A stretch of 61,526 nt of DNA, the filler included, from Chiloscyllium plagiosum (lineage: Eukaryota), in assembly GCF_004010195.1 (NCBI RefSeq). It is 3 parts of one record of this genome, joined end to end, with 100 filler letters (N's around TTAATTAATTAA, not from the genome) between each part and the next. Parts side by side here need not be neighbours in the genome. Positions count along the whole stretch, not along the records: positions 1 to 22,281 come from NC_057712.1; positions 22,382 to 48,416 come from NC_057712.1; 1 more part is not named here. One strand, written 5' to 3'. The position numbers were made by a program, and so were the translations under genes. Of this stretch, positions 13,010 through 24,123 are shown piece after piece. The notes beneath the pieces are model-generated. The model did no database searches and was not told where the DNA came from. It saw only the letters and a list, made by a program, of their open reading frames with translations. Position 1 is the stretch's first letter, and every line of letters begins with the position of its first letter.

Positions 13010-13760
13010 TTCATGATCTTTGACATCAGAAAGAAATGAGGAGAACACGTTCCCCCATCTACATCAACGGAGCAGAACTTGAAAGGGTTGAGAGTGTCAT
13101 GTTCCTTAGAGTGACAATAACCAATATCCTGCCCTGAACTTCCCATGTAGATGCAATGGTCAAGAAGGCACAGCAACACCTCTTCTTCCTCAGGTGGCTC
13201 AGGAAATTTGGCATGTCCATAAGGACCCTCACCAGCGTTTTACAGATGCGCCACTGAAAGCATACTGTCTGGGTGCATAACAGCCTGGTATGACAACTGC
13301 TCTGCACAGGACTGTAAAAAACTACAGAAGCTTGTGTACACAGCCTAGAACATCATGGAAGCCTACCTCCCATCCATGGACTCTATTTACGTGTCTCGTT
13401 GTCGTGGAAAGGCTGCTAACATCATTGAAGACTTCTCTCACCCCTGTAATGCTCTCCTACAACACCTTCCATCAGGCAAAAGATACAGAAGCTTGAACAC
13501 ATGCACCAGCAGGTTCAAGAACAGCTGCTTCTCTACTGTTATTAGACTGACGAATGGATCAATAAATAATGTTGATCTTGGTAATCTTGATCTTGCCTTG
13601 TGCATGTCTTGTGCAGTATAACTTGCATGCCTCACTCTGTCCAAGTTTATTTTTCACCCTATGATCTATATGCCCTTGCTTACTTTGATCTGCCTGTATT
13701 GCTCACAAACAAAGCTTTTCACTGTAGTTCATACACATGACAATAAATCAAATCAAAAAC
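13010..13760 (+). mobile_element. Rex1/Babar-type LINE 3' fragment
   Basis: Translates KKAQQHLFFLRWLRKFGMS ... LPSMDSIYVSRCRGKAANIIEDFSHP ... LPSGKRYRSL...SRFKNS; caataaatcaaatcaaa tail. Confidence 0.85.
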
Positions 13761-14229
13761 AAATGTAACAACATCTTTCTGCAACTTTGTCTTCCTACAT
13801 TTATCTTTCACTTTAATTCTCTCTCTGATTTTTCTATTTGTTTTCCGTACATTTTCTATATGTATGTTTTCACCATCAGACTGTATTTCATCAGCTTATC
13901 TCTAACTTTTCTTGAACAACACAGACAGATCCAAGCTTCATCAAAGTCAAAGCCTACAACCAATCTGAGCATTGCGGAATCAGACTGGGCTCAAAAACAG
14001 TTTTAAAAAAGGAGAAGTGATATGTTGCTTGAACCTCAACCGAGCAACATGTTCAGTGAGACTAGCTTTCAGAGTGAATGACATCTAACTAGTAGCGTGA
14101 AGCTTTTAGCAGCTGACAAACCCTCACTAATCGAGACCAGCCATGCTGACTCAACACCATGCTGTCAACTGATGATTCTAGGTGAATGTGGAAGATATCA
14201 AGTGGTCGCAATAAAAGGTAAATCATTTT

Positions 14230-14582
14230 GGGGGCAATGGTGGTGAAACAATAATGTTTGCAGGCCTAGCTACCTAGGTTAATGTTCTGAGCCATAGGTT
14301 CAAATTCCATTGTAGCTGGTGGAATTTAAATTCAGTTAATAAATTCGGAGGAAAAATAATGGTGCCGTAAAACTGTTACTGACTGTCACAAAACCCCAGC
14401 TGGTCCACTAATACTTACCTGCCACCTTTACCTGGTCTGGCCTACATTATAACTCCAGACCCACAGCTATGTGGTTGACTCATAACCACCCTCTGAAATG
14501 GTTAGCAAGCCACTCGGTTGGCAACGGGCAACAAATGCAGTCACTGCCAACCATGCCCATATACCATGAAAGACTAAAGGGG
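14230..14582 (+). mobile_element. tRNA-derived SINE with 3' tail resembling the L2/CR1-group LINE
   Basis: B-box-like ggttcaaattcc, core cctggtctggcctacattataactccagacccacagc, tail gggcaacaaatgc...gcccatatacc similar to LINE ends at 46360-46410 and 55095-55145. Second copy at 27945-28260. Confidence 0.7.
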
Positions 14583-14798
14583 AAAAAGATGATGTTGATT
14601 TTTACTCCCAGTTCTTCTTATCCTCAATGCTATATCCAGCTGACTGCTTTAACAATTGTGAACAAACAGTAGGATCAAAGTAACAAGATCACCCCATACT
14701 TGAGGAATGGGAACTCATAAGCTGGAAATTGCCTTCAGCTCTTCCTATCAGAGGCTTGCTGAACGTTTGGTCAGCCTGTTCAGTAACAATGAGAGTCG

Positions 14799-14812
14799 GC
14801 GCCACCTGGTGG
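14799..14812 (-). promoter_or_regulatory. CTCF consensus binding site (predicted)
   Basis: Minus strand reads CCACCAGGTGGCGC, an exact match to the CTCF core CCASYAGRKGGCRS, with CpG retained, in sequence I cannot assign to a repeat. Motif only, no binding data. Confidence 0.55.
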
Positions 14813-15439
14813 GGAAGATTGGAATGTCCAAGCTGGACCCCTAAAGGTGAGGAGAAATTTGCCTTCGTCATTTTAAAAAATTTTACACCTCCTTAGAAAA
14901 GGACCCGAATGGTTGTAAAATTGTTCCTCAGAAAGCCAGCTAGTCACATCAGATGTGGTAGTTGCTGATACTGGGGATTGGTTGGCACCTAGAATGCACC
15001 AATAGGAGCATTCCATGCAGGTACTTGTCACTTCCAGTGAAGTCAGTGCCAAAGGCAACCAGTAGTCAGGATCTTGAAGACGTGGCCCAAGTAATCTCTG
15101 AGTCAAAGGTCAACTTGGGTTTGTCTATGAAAATACACTTTGTTCTTCAATCAAAAGGGATTATAAAACACATTTCCATTCTTTTGCTCTGCAGACTTGA
15201 GGCTCCTGTTAAGAAACTGAGCAGAGAAATCAGCTGCCCCTTGGGTGATCAGTTATAATGAAGTTGTCAGATCTCCAATTCCAAATTTCCGATCGGACCT
15301 CTCAGTCTGTAGATCTCTGAGCCAGTAGAGAAAATGCCTTAATTTTAGCTGATCAATCTATGACTGTCAACCCTAAATGAGGGTCTGACATTTTCTCTGC
15401 AGGTACAAAGACTGTGGGATATATTTTCACCCTTAGCTA

Positions 15440-16012
15440 AGTCTTGCCTCTTTCTGCATCAATGGTGCTGAGGTGGAGATGGTCAAGTTCTTGGGAGTGA
15501 TGATCACCCATATCAATGCAATGGTCAAGAAAGCACAACAATGTCTCTACTTCCTCAGGAAGTGAAGGAAAGTTGGCATGCCCACAAGGAATCTTACCAA
15601 TTTTTATTGATGCACCATGGAAAGTATTCTGTTTGGATGCGTCACAGCATGGTATGGCCACTGCTCTTCCCAAGACAGTAAGAAACTATAGAGAGTCAGT
15701 CCATCACACAAACCAGTCTACCATCCATTGACTGCATTAATACATCCCACTGCCTTGGTCAAGTAACCAACATAATCAAAGACCCCTCTCTTCCACCCTC
15801 TCAGGCAGAAGATGTAAAAGTTTATATGCACATACAAATAGATTTAAGAACAGCTTCTTCCTGGCCGTTATTAGACTTCTGAATGGAACTGTAACATTGT
15901 ATTTTTTGCTCTGTTCTATCATCTAATGCACTTTTTATGACATGATTTGCCTGTGCTGCAAGCAAAACAAAACTTTTCACTGTACCTCGGTACATGTGAC
16001 AATAATAAGTCA
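15440..16012 (+). mobile_element. Rex1/Babar-type LINE 3' fragment (degenerate)
   Basis: Homologous to 13010-13760 and 17385-18058 (gtcaagaaagcacaacaa; tcaggcagaagat; acaataataaagtcaaa). Confidence 0.8.
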
Positions 16013-16144
16013 AAGCACATTGACTTCACTGCACCGATAGTGGCTACATCAATATAAAAGTCTATTATTTATACGATTTTTATGCTGCAGTATTAAAGAA
16101 ACAAAAGATATAAAACAGTGAGCTGTCTTAGTGTTTCTTTTCAA

Positions 16145-16715
16145 ATAAGAACAGGAGTTGGCCTTTTGGCCCCATGTGAGCCTACTCTGCCCTTCAATAC
16201 AATCACCACTGATCCAACCCTTCTCACATGTACTTTCTACTCTTTCCCCATTACCGTTGATTCCCCACTGATGAGGAATCTGTTTCAGCCTGAAGTATAC
16301 ATAAGGACTCTGCCTATACAGCTCTCTGTAGCAAGGAGTTCCAAAGACTCCCAACTCTCTGTGGGACAAACTTGATCCTAATCTCACTCTTAAATTAGCA
16401 CCCCTTAATTCTGAGACTATACCTTCTGGTCCTTGCCTCTCCCATGAGGGGACACATGCTCTCAGCATTTACCCTGTCAAGCCCCTTAAGAAGGCAAAAG
16501 TGAGGACTGCAGATGCTGGAGATCAAAGTCAAGATTACAGTGGTGCTGGAAAAGCACAGCGGGTCAGGCAGCATCCGAGGAGCAGGAAAATCGACATTTC
16601 AGGCAGGAGCCCTTCATCAGGAATTCAACCCTTCCTGATTAAGGGCTCCTGCCCGAAACGTCGAAGCCCATTAAGAATCCAATATGTTTCAATGACACCA
16701 CCTCTCAACTTTTGA
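16145..16715 (-). mobile_element. CR1 LINE 3' fragment with nested Penelope-derived insert
   Basis: CR1 3'UTR and RT C-terminus (LRGANLRVRL...RELGVFGTP); interrupted at 16493-16663. Confidence 0.75.
16493..16663. mobile_element. Penelope pLTR-derived insert with two opposed hammerhead-like cores and a 14-bp TSD
   Basis: Flanked by aagccccttaagaa (16479-16492) and aagcccattaagaa (16664-16677). Minus core ctgatga-a-gggctcctgcct-gaaat-gtc; plus core ctgatta-a-gggctcctgccc-gaaac-gtc. Confidence 0.8.
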
Positions 16716-17243
16716 ATGAACTATTCAATTAATGTCACTCCTCCATCTTCTCTTACAGCTCTACAAATCAGTTGTTTGTTGATTTATCTAATCATTTTGA
16801 ACAGACTGCATAATTTTACCTATACAGTCTACACATACAGTGTGAAACATCATATCCGGCCCACATCGGAAAGTCTGTAGAGTAAAAGTTGATTTTGCTT
16901 ATTGAAATTCATGGTCAGAGTTTTCTTAAAGTGGTGGATTTCTGCAGCAATAGGAGACTGCAGTACCTGTTTTCTATGGGTTGCAACGTACCAAAGTTGT
17001 GAGCTGCAAATGGAGATGGGAATTCAAGATAAGGATGGATGGATTCATATAAATTTGTCACCTGCAGTTAGGCCAGCCCATGCATAATGAGTCTCTTTCA
17101 AAACCTCACACTTTCTCTCCAATGGAAACCTTATTGAGGCCTTACACTTTGAGACTGTCAGATAATCCAGCATGGGACTGTCTTCCTGAAGTGATGTAGC
17201 GCTGTAATACAATCGTCAAGTTTAGATAATGAGCAGAGTCCAT

Positions 17244-19898
17244 GAGCTGAACCTTACGGGATTTTAGCTAAATCCAAATTCCGTTGAGACTTTTGCCTCA
17301 ATCTGGCTAGTTTTTTTCAATATATTTTACCAAGCTCACCTCAACCTGACTTTTGACGGGACGCTAATCATGCCCCCCCCAACATAATAACAGCACAAAG
17401 GTGGAACGAGTGGAGAGTGTCAAGATCCTGGAAGTGGTCATCCACAACAAGCTTTCTTGGACTCTTCATGTGGACGCACTGGTTACAAAGGCCCAACAAC
17501 ATCTCTTCTCCCTCAGGCAGCTGAAGAAATTTGGCATGACGGTGAATACCCTTGCCAACTTTTATAGATGCACCATCGAGAGCATTCTGTCGGGATGTAT
17601 CACTACCTGGTATGGCAACTGTACCATTCAAGATCAGAGATGGTTACAGAGATTGGTGAACTCGGCCCGGGCAATCACAAAGGCCAACCTCCCACCTATA
17701 GAATCCATCTACCAGGCCCACTGTCAAGGAAAGGCAGTCAGCATTCTCAAAGATCCATCCCACCCTGGCAATGTTTTTCTATAAGCTCCACCATCGGGGA
17801 GAAGGTACAGAAGCCTGAACACATGCACCAGCCAGTTTTGCAAAGGTTTCTACCCGACTGTTGTTAGAATACTGAGTGGACTCACAAACTCTTAACATTC
17901 GCCTTTACCTGTGTTTTTGTTTTTGCCACTGTTTACCTATTATTTACTTATCGATGCTACTTAACTCTGTGATCTGCCTGTATTGCTCACAAGACAAAGC
18001 TTTTCACTGTGCCCCGGTACGTGTGACAATCAATTCAATTCAATTCAATTCAATTCAAAGACTGTATATCCCAACCCAATAGCATCCCTCACAACCGATC
18101 GTGGCTCCCATTTTATCACACATTGTTCCCAGAATAACTCACCCCTCAGCAGATATCCCTGAATTCATCAGCATTCCTGTGTCTGTGCCATCTTTAAGAG
18201 CCTACTGTGCAACTGGACCAGCATTGTCAGCCCAGAGCTACCTGCACAGTTCCCGATGTTTGCCTCAGACGTGGCACACAGGGGAAAACTGGCGTCTCAC
18301 TCTGTGGGCAGGGAGCTGGTGGTTCTGCTGGATGGGATGGTGCAGATATTTTTTTCCCCTGGCACCAGCAGTGGAAACCATAATACCAGGCTATGCCAAT
18401 CCGTTCTGAGGTTGCATTCTCAGCCATCTGGAGGAATGGCCAGCACTGAAAGAAAAGGGCCAATGACCTTTCCCACTCTGCCAGTGTAGGTACCACCAAT
18501 ACCTCACAGTCTCTCAATCTCTATCATTGTACCCTATTCCACCAAGGTTCATTCTCTACCACTCTCAATATTGCCTGAGCATCTTCCTTCACTCATTCAC
18601 AAATGCCACTACCATGACCTCCCCACTTACACCAAAGGGTAAAAACTGTGCCACCCACTTTTATCTCTCCTAGCAACTGCCTTTCCTCTCATTCTTGAAA
18701 GAAAGCTGTAAGCATCAAGTTTGTTGATGGGGGCGGGCCATTTAGCTCCTTACCCCTGATATGGAAATTGTCCTGACTCTGACCTCTCCAAGTGGCTGAC
18801 TATCTGTTTCCAAGCCCCTGGGCTAATATTAGAGGCTGTTCTGACTGTGCTGAGACTCCTGAGCAAAGGCTATCTCATTTGGTTTGACTGATGACGATGA
18901 CAAGCTTCCTGGCTTGGTGTCTGCACTAAATGGCAAGACAAGGCAGAAGTAATATGAGCCTCATATATCTGGCCGAAGGGACCAAGTGCAGAATGACAAG
19001 GCAAGGCAACAATGCCATAAGCATTCAGGCAGGGACACAGTATGTGAATGAGTGCTGCGGCAGCAAATGAAGAGCCTGGAGATGGAGTCTGCTCCAGTCT
19101 ATGCACTGGCTGTATCTCCCTGAGTTCACACTGATCTTGCTGCAGCATGACAATGAAGCATTGGTGAAGTACTGAAGTGTAGAGCATCCTGTAAGTGGAT
19201 TGGAGGGTTCAGGGAGACTGGCACATATCAGATGCCAACATTCGTGGATGGAGGGTCTGTTGTTTGCTGCCATCGGCACTTGCTCTGAGATATTGGTTTC
19301 CAGAGTCCAAGATGGAGATCGGCAAGCTGAACTCACCGGGTACCCTGTTCGGACTTCCATGTCTAGTTTTCTCGATGTCTAGCTTATTTGGGGAGCGTTG
19401 GTAAGCTGGGATGCTGACTATTAATGAGTTGAGTTGGGCCATCAATAAGGCATTTAGCAACGAATAATCTCCATAAATTTACAATTTACTGTCCCGTCTG
19501 AATGACGTGGGCTACGACACAATTTGTGACAGAATTGAGTGAGGAGTCCAGCAATGCTGAGCTTGACATCGGAAACATCTCTCTCCACATTTTGTGCTTT
19601 CACAAGTGGTGTGTCAGAGCTCCGGACTGACAATGCTTATCCATTTTACAAGATGGCGCTAGTGCCAGGGATGCCCGTCAGTTCCGGATACCTTGGCAGT
19701 GGCGTGTTGTTCTGGGAATGGCTCAGTGTAGGTTGAGATGAGAATCGGACAAGAGGGGCACCGTAAATGTGGAGGTCAGTAGTTAATGAGGTGAGTTTGG
19801 TAAGAAACAGTGAGAAACTTCATTGGGCCTCAGAGTAAAATCGCCCTGAAGTATCCAACGCAACCGAAACTTTGCCAGAAAAACATAAGATTCAGCCC
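17244..19898. mobile_element. PIF/Harbinger-like DNA transposon remnant with imperfect TIRs and a decayed Myb/SANT-like ORF
   Basis: Left end gagctgaaccttacg...ttaccaagctcacctca; right end in reverse complement gggctgaatcttatg...ttaccaaactcacctca; 3-bp flanks cat/aat. At 18270-18490 decayed frames ELVVLLDGMVQ and QH*KKRANDLSHSA resemble the Harbinger Myb/SANT protein (LEVLLD...QCRKKxNDL). Confidence 0.65.
17385..18058 (+). mobile_element. Rex1/Babar-type LINE 3' fragment nested in the Harbinger remnant
   Basis: ORF 17401-17784 (KAQQHLFSLRQLKKFGM...FYRCTIESILSGCITTWYGNC...ILKDPSHPG); (caatt)n tail at 18026-18057. Confidence 0.9.
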
Positions 19899-20401
19899 AA
19901 TGGCTGCTCTTTTAAAAAGTCCAAGTGGTTTGTGATGCAAGAAATAGCCCCCTTTCAATTTAGTGATCTGTAATTTCTAAAAAGAATTGACTGCCCTTTT
20001 TTTTGGTTGCCGACTGTATAGTGTGGAATTTAATCACTTTTTAAATCATAGCTCCGTATCTTTGAGTCCATATTAAAAAAAAGAAGCTAACTTATTTTTA
20101 TTTTAAATGATATTATTGTTAGACTTTGGCTAGTCTCCAACTCAGGGAAAGAGCTGGACAGTGTTTTACTTTCACTGCAGTCCTCTTCAATCGAGGTTAA
20201 TGAGCTCTATCTCAAACTGCTTTCACTTCACCTCCCTCCCACACTTGCTTTTTACCTGATTATTTTCCCATTTAAACAGGATATTGTCTTTCTGCTCCTT
20301 TCAATTTACTTTAACTCTAACCCAACCTCCCTCCACATTTTTTGTGGATGTTTAAGAAGAAAAAGGCAATTCCTGTCAATGTGAATGAAGACAAGCTTCA
20401 T

Positions 20402-22281
20402 TCAGCAGGATGGATTCAAGTAGGTCCAGCAGGGTGGACATGGTTAGGACCAGCAGGGTGGACTCAAGAAGGTCCAGCAGAGTGGACTTGGTTAGGTCCA
20501 GCAGGGTGGTCTTGGTTAGGTCCAGCAGGGTGGTCTTGGTTAGGTCCAGCGGGGTGCATTCAAGTAGGTCCAGCAGAGTGGACCTGGTTAGGTCCAGGAG
20601 GGTGGACTTGAGTAGGTCCAGCAGGGTGGACTTGAGTAGGCCCAGCAGGGTGGACTTGGTTAGGTCCAGCATAGTGGACTCGAATAGGTCCAACAGGGTG
20701 GACCTGAGTAGGTCCAGCAGGTTGGACGTAGTTAGGTCCAGCAGGGTGGATTCGGGTAGGTCCAGCAGGGTGGACTTGGTTAAGTCCAGCAGCGCAGACG
20801 TGGTTAGGTCCAGCAGGGTGGACGTGAGTAGTTCCAGCAGGGTGGACGTAGTTAGGTCCAGCAGAGTGGACTTGGTTAGGTCCAGCAGAGTGGACTTGGT
20901 TAGGTCCAGCAGGGTGGACTCGAGTAGGTCCAGCAGGGTGGACTTGGTTAGGTCCAGCAGGGCGAATGTGGTTAGGTCAAGCAGGGTGGTCTCGAGTAGG
21001 TCCAGCAGAGTGGGCATGAGTTGGTCCAGCAGAGAGGACTTGGTTAGGTCCAGTAGGGTAGATTCGAGTAGGTCCAACATTGTGGACTTGGTTAGGTTCA
21101 GCAGTGTGGTCCCGAGTAGGTCCAGCAGAGTGGACTCAAGTAGGTCCAGCAGGGTGGACTTGAGTAGGTCCAGCAGACTGGACTCGGGTTGGTCCTGCAG
21201 AGTGGACCTGTGTAGGTCCAGCAGGGAGGATTCAAGTAGATCCAGCAGAGTGGACTTGAGTAGGTCCAGCAGGATGGACTTGGTTAGGTCCAGTGGGGTG
21301 GATTCAAGTAGGTCCAGCAGAGTGGACTTGGTTAGGTCCAGCAGGGTGGACATGAGTAGGTCCAGCAGGGTGGACTTGAGTAGGCCCAGCAGAGTGGACT
21401 TGGTTAGGTCTAGCAGGGTGGACTTGGTTAGGTCTAGCAGGGTGGACTTGAGTAGATCCAGCAGAGTGGACTTGGTTAGGTCCAGCAGGATGGACTTGGT
21501 TAGGTCCAGTGGGGTGGATTCAAGTAGGTCCAGCAGAGTGGACTTGGTTAGGTCCAGCAGGGTGGACCCGAGTAGGTCCAGCAGGGTGAACTTGAGGAGG
21601 TCCAGCAGAGTGGACTTGGTTATGTCCAGAAGGATCATCTCGAGTAGGTCCAGCAGAGTGGACTCAGGTAGGTCCAGCGGGGTGGACTCGAGTAGGTCCA
21701 GCAGAGTGGACTTGAGTAGGTCCAGCAGGTTGGACTTGGTTAGGTCCAGCGGGGTGGATTCAAGTAGGTCCAACAGAGTGGACTTGGTTAGGTCCAGCAG
21801 GGTGGACTTGAGTAGGTCCACCAGAGTCCACTTGAGTAGATCCAGCAGGGTGGACTTGAGTAGGTCCAGCAGGGTGGACTCGAGTAAGTCCAACAGGGTG
21901 GACCTGAGTAGGTCCAGCAGGGTGGACGTAGTTAGGTCCAGCAGGGTGGTCTCGAGTAGGTCCAGCAGGGTGGACTTGGTTAGGTCCAGCAGGGTGGACT
22001 TGGTTAGGTCCAGCAGGGTGGACACGAGTAGGTCCAGCAGGGTGGACATGGTTAAGTCCAGCGGGGCGGACGTGGTTATGTCCAGCAGGGTGAACGTGAG
22101 AAGTTCCAGTGGGGATGGACTTGGTTAGGTCCAGCAGGGCCGACGTAGTTAGGTCCAGCAGAGGGGACATGGTTAGGTCCAGCAGGGTGGACTCGAGTAG
22201 GTCCAACAGGGTGGACCTGAGTAGGTCCAGCAGGGTGGACGTAGTTAGGTCCAGCAGGGTGGTCTCGAGTAGGTCCAGCAG
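20402..22281. repeat. 24-bp minisatellite, ~78 diverged units, truncated by contig end
   Basis: Consensus AGGGTGGACTTG(GT/AG)TAGGTCCAGC repeated head to tail; one 25-bp unit near 22105; higher-order duplicated blocks. Confidence 0.97.
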
Positions 22282-22381
22282 NNNNNNNNNNNNNNNNNNN
22301 NNNNNNNNNNNNNNNNNNNNNNNNNTTAATTAATTAANNNNNNNNNNNNNNNNNNNNNNNNNNNNNNNNNNNNNNNNNNNN
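22282..22381. other. Artificial contig linker / assembly gap
   Basis: 44 N + TTAATTAATTAA (stops in all six frames) + 44 N = 100 nt; identical to 48417-48516. Confidence 0.97.
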
Positions 22382-22515
22382 GGAGCTGTATTCCTGATGA
22401 AGGGCTTTTGCCCGAAACGTCGATTTCGCTGCTCCTTGGATGCTGCCTGAACTATTGTGCTCTTCCAGCACCACTAATCCAGAATCTGGTTCCCAGCATC
22501 TTCAGTCCTGCAGAA
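22382..22515 (+). mobile_element. Penelope pLTR/3' end fragment
   Basis: ttcctgatgaagggcttttgcccgaaacgtcgatttcgctgctccttggatgctgcctgaact...cccagcatcttcagtc; homologous to 16493, 26630 and 48517. Confidence 0.85.
22394..22421 (+). ncRNA. Minimal type I hammerhead ribozyme core (predicted)
   Basis: CTGATGA-A-GGGC-TTTT-GCCC-GAAAC-GTC: intact CUGANGA and GAAA boxes, 4-bp stem II, palindromic ACGT stem III, GUC triplet. Confidence 0.75.
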
Positions 22516-22974
22516 CCTCCTTTTTCCTACTCATGTTGTTGGTTCCTCTGTGTATCAGAATGGCTAAATCCTTCTGCTCTTACAGTAAGCTCATCTCTAG
22601 CACTCAGCAGATGTCCAGAATCTAGGCTCCAGACAGGCAACACAGCCATCTGGACTGATGTTCTTTGTTGCAGAGTCTAATATCAATCCCAGTCATTGTA
22701 CTATTTCATACTACCACTGCATTCCTTCTCACTTACCACTATTGAGTGTCTTCCTGCACTATGATGGCATTGTTTATTAGTTCACATCCTCTACTCCACC
22801 CCCGGCAGCCCTCACTCTCGTACAGAAATGCTGAAAGAGTTTCAAACCCACTGTACAATCACAAAGACTATGGTTCCTGTGTTCCTGCCCTCTGCGCTGT
22901 CTTACCCATGCCACTCACAATTACATTCTCCTGTCCTTGAACATCGACCAAATCAGACGATCAAACATTACAAG

Positions 22975-23400
22975 ATGTGAATGCCTCATGGTACAAATAA
23001 TCCAGGAAACATCAGCCCTCCCTGATGTATCACAGTGATTGTAGTTCAGCTTCCAGCTCATAAAGTCTGGACTAAAGCTGCTTGAAGTTCAAACATTTAC
23101 TGCAGATATGTTTACGCCCAACTAAACTGGAATCCAGGAACTCCCATATGCTGCAGCTGTGACACATCACCTAACCTGCCATCCTTAATGTGTTCTAAGG
23201 AACTACTTAATTATTATATTCAACTTTATTTTTAGTTATGGTTCTATATATTTTATTAACCTTACCACCAGCTGCTGTACCATTTTGATTCTTAGAAACA
23301 GAATACGTCTGAATCATTTACCAGATTGTCAGCAGTTAACCATCTTCTTCTGTAACAGAGAAAGAAGCAATTCCTGAAAACTGAACAGATTCCCTCCCCT
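22975..23400 (-). mobile_element. CR1 ORF1 N-terminus/5'UTR fragment
   Basis: Minus strand from ~23183: MAG*VMCHSCSIWEFLDSSLVGRKHICSKCLNFKQL*SRLYELEAELQSL (CxxC...CxxC plus coiled coil, as in ORF1 at 4880). Confidence 0.8.
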
Positions 23401-23797
23401 CCTTGATTTCATCCACTGAATCACTTAATTTCAGTACTCTATTGTAAGTCATACTTAAATGTTAAGTTGCACAATGTTTGTCCTTGCTAGTTGCCTGTTG
23501 GCCAACCAGCTTAGACTAGTGCCACCCTTACAGAGTTTGTACAGTCTGTAGTTGAGATTTGCCGCAACATTTGGTATAGCTCTGTGAAAGATCCACGAAA
23601 TGCGATGTGGAATTACATTTTGGTTTGGAATATCTATTTTCTGCTGCCTTTTCTTTTTGAAAGTAGTCAAGGTTAGTGTCAAAGGAAGGTTCATGTATGT
23701 GACTTTTGTTAAAGGGGAAAGGGGGTTATTGGTATGACATTGTTTGGGTTCTTCATGAATCACCAGCGATGAAAGAAATCTCTGCGCACCCTCCTTA

Positions 23798-24123
23798 TTA
23801 GATTAGATTAGATTAGATTACAGTGTGGAAACAGGCCCTTCGGCCCAACAAGTCCACACCGACCCGCCGAAGCGCAACCCACCCATACCCCTACATTTAC
23901 CCCTTACTAACACTACGGGCAATTTAGCATGGCCAATTCACCTGACCTGCACATCTTTGGACTGTGGGAGGAAACCGGAGCACCCGGAGGAAACCCACGC
24001 AGACACGGGGAGAATGTGCAAACTCCACACAGACAGTTGCCTGAGGCGGGAATTGAACCCAGGTCTCTGGCGCTGTGAGGCAATAGTGCTAACCACTGTG
24101 CCACTGTGCCACCGTGCTGCCTA
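23798..24123 (-). mobile_element. HE1 SINE, full length, young
   Basis: (ttaga)n tail, V-domain and tRNA head; candidate 7-bp TSD ctcctta at 23791-23797 and 24124-24130. Confidence 0.93.

Noticed and set aside
20376..22128. Leucine-rich-repeat or SR-protein gene
   Set aside because: The 8-aa period simply reflects the 24-bp unit; there is no LRR consensus or RRM, and the frame is broken near 22105. Kept only as a low-interest finding.
20402..22281. CRISPR-like array (constant repeat plus variable part)
   Set aside because: The variable part is only ~6 nt and is reused, there are no unique spacers and no cas genes, and the context is eukaryotic.
22326..22337. TTAATTAATTAA as a biological palindrome or PacI/homeobox site
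   Set aside because: It is centred in N runs and repeated identically at 48461-48472, so it is a synthetic linker.
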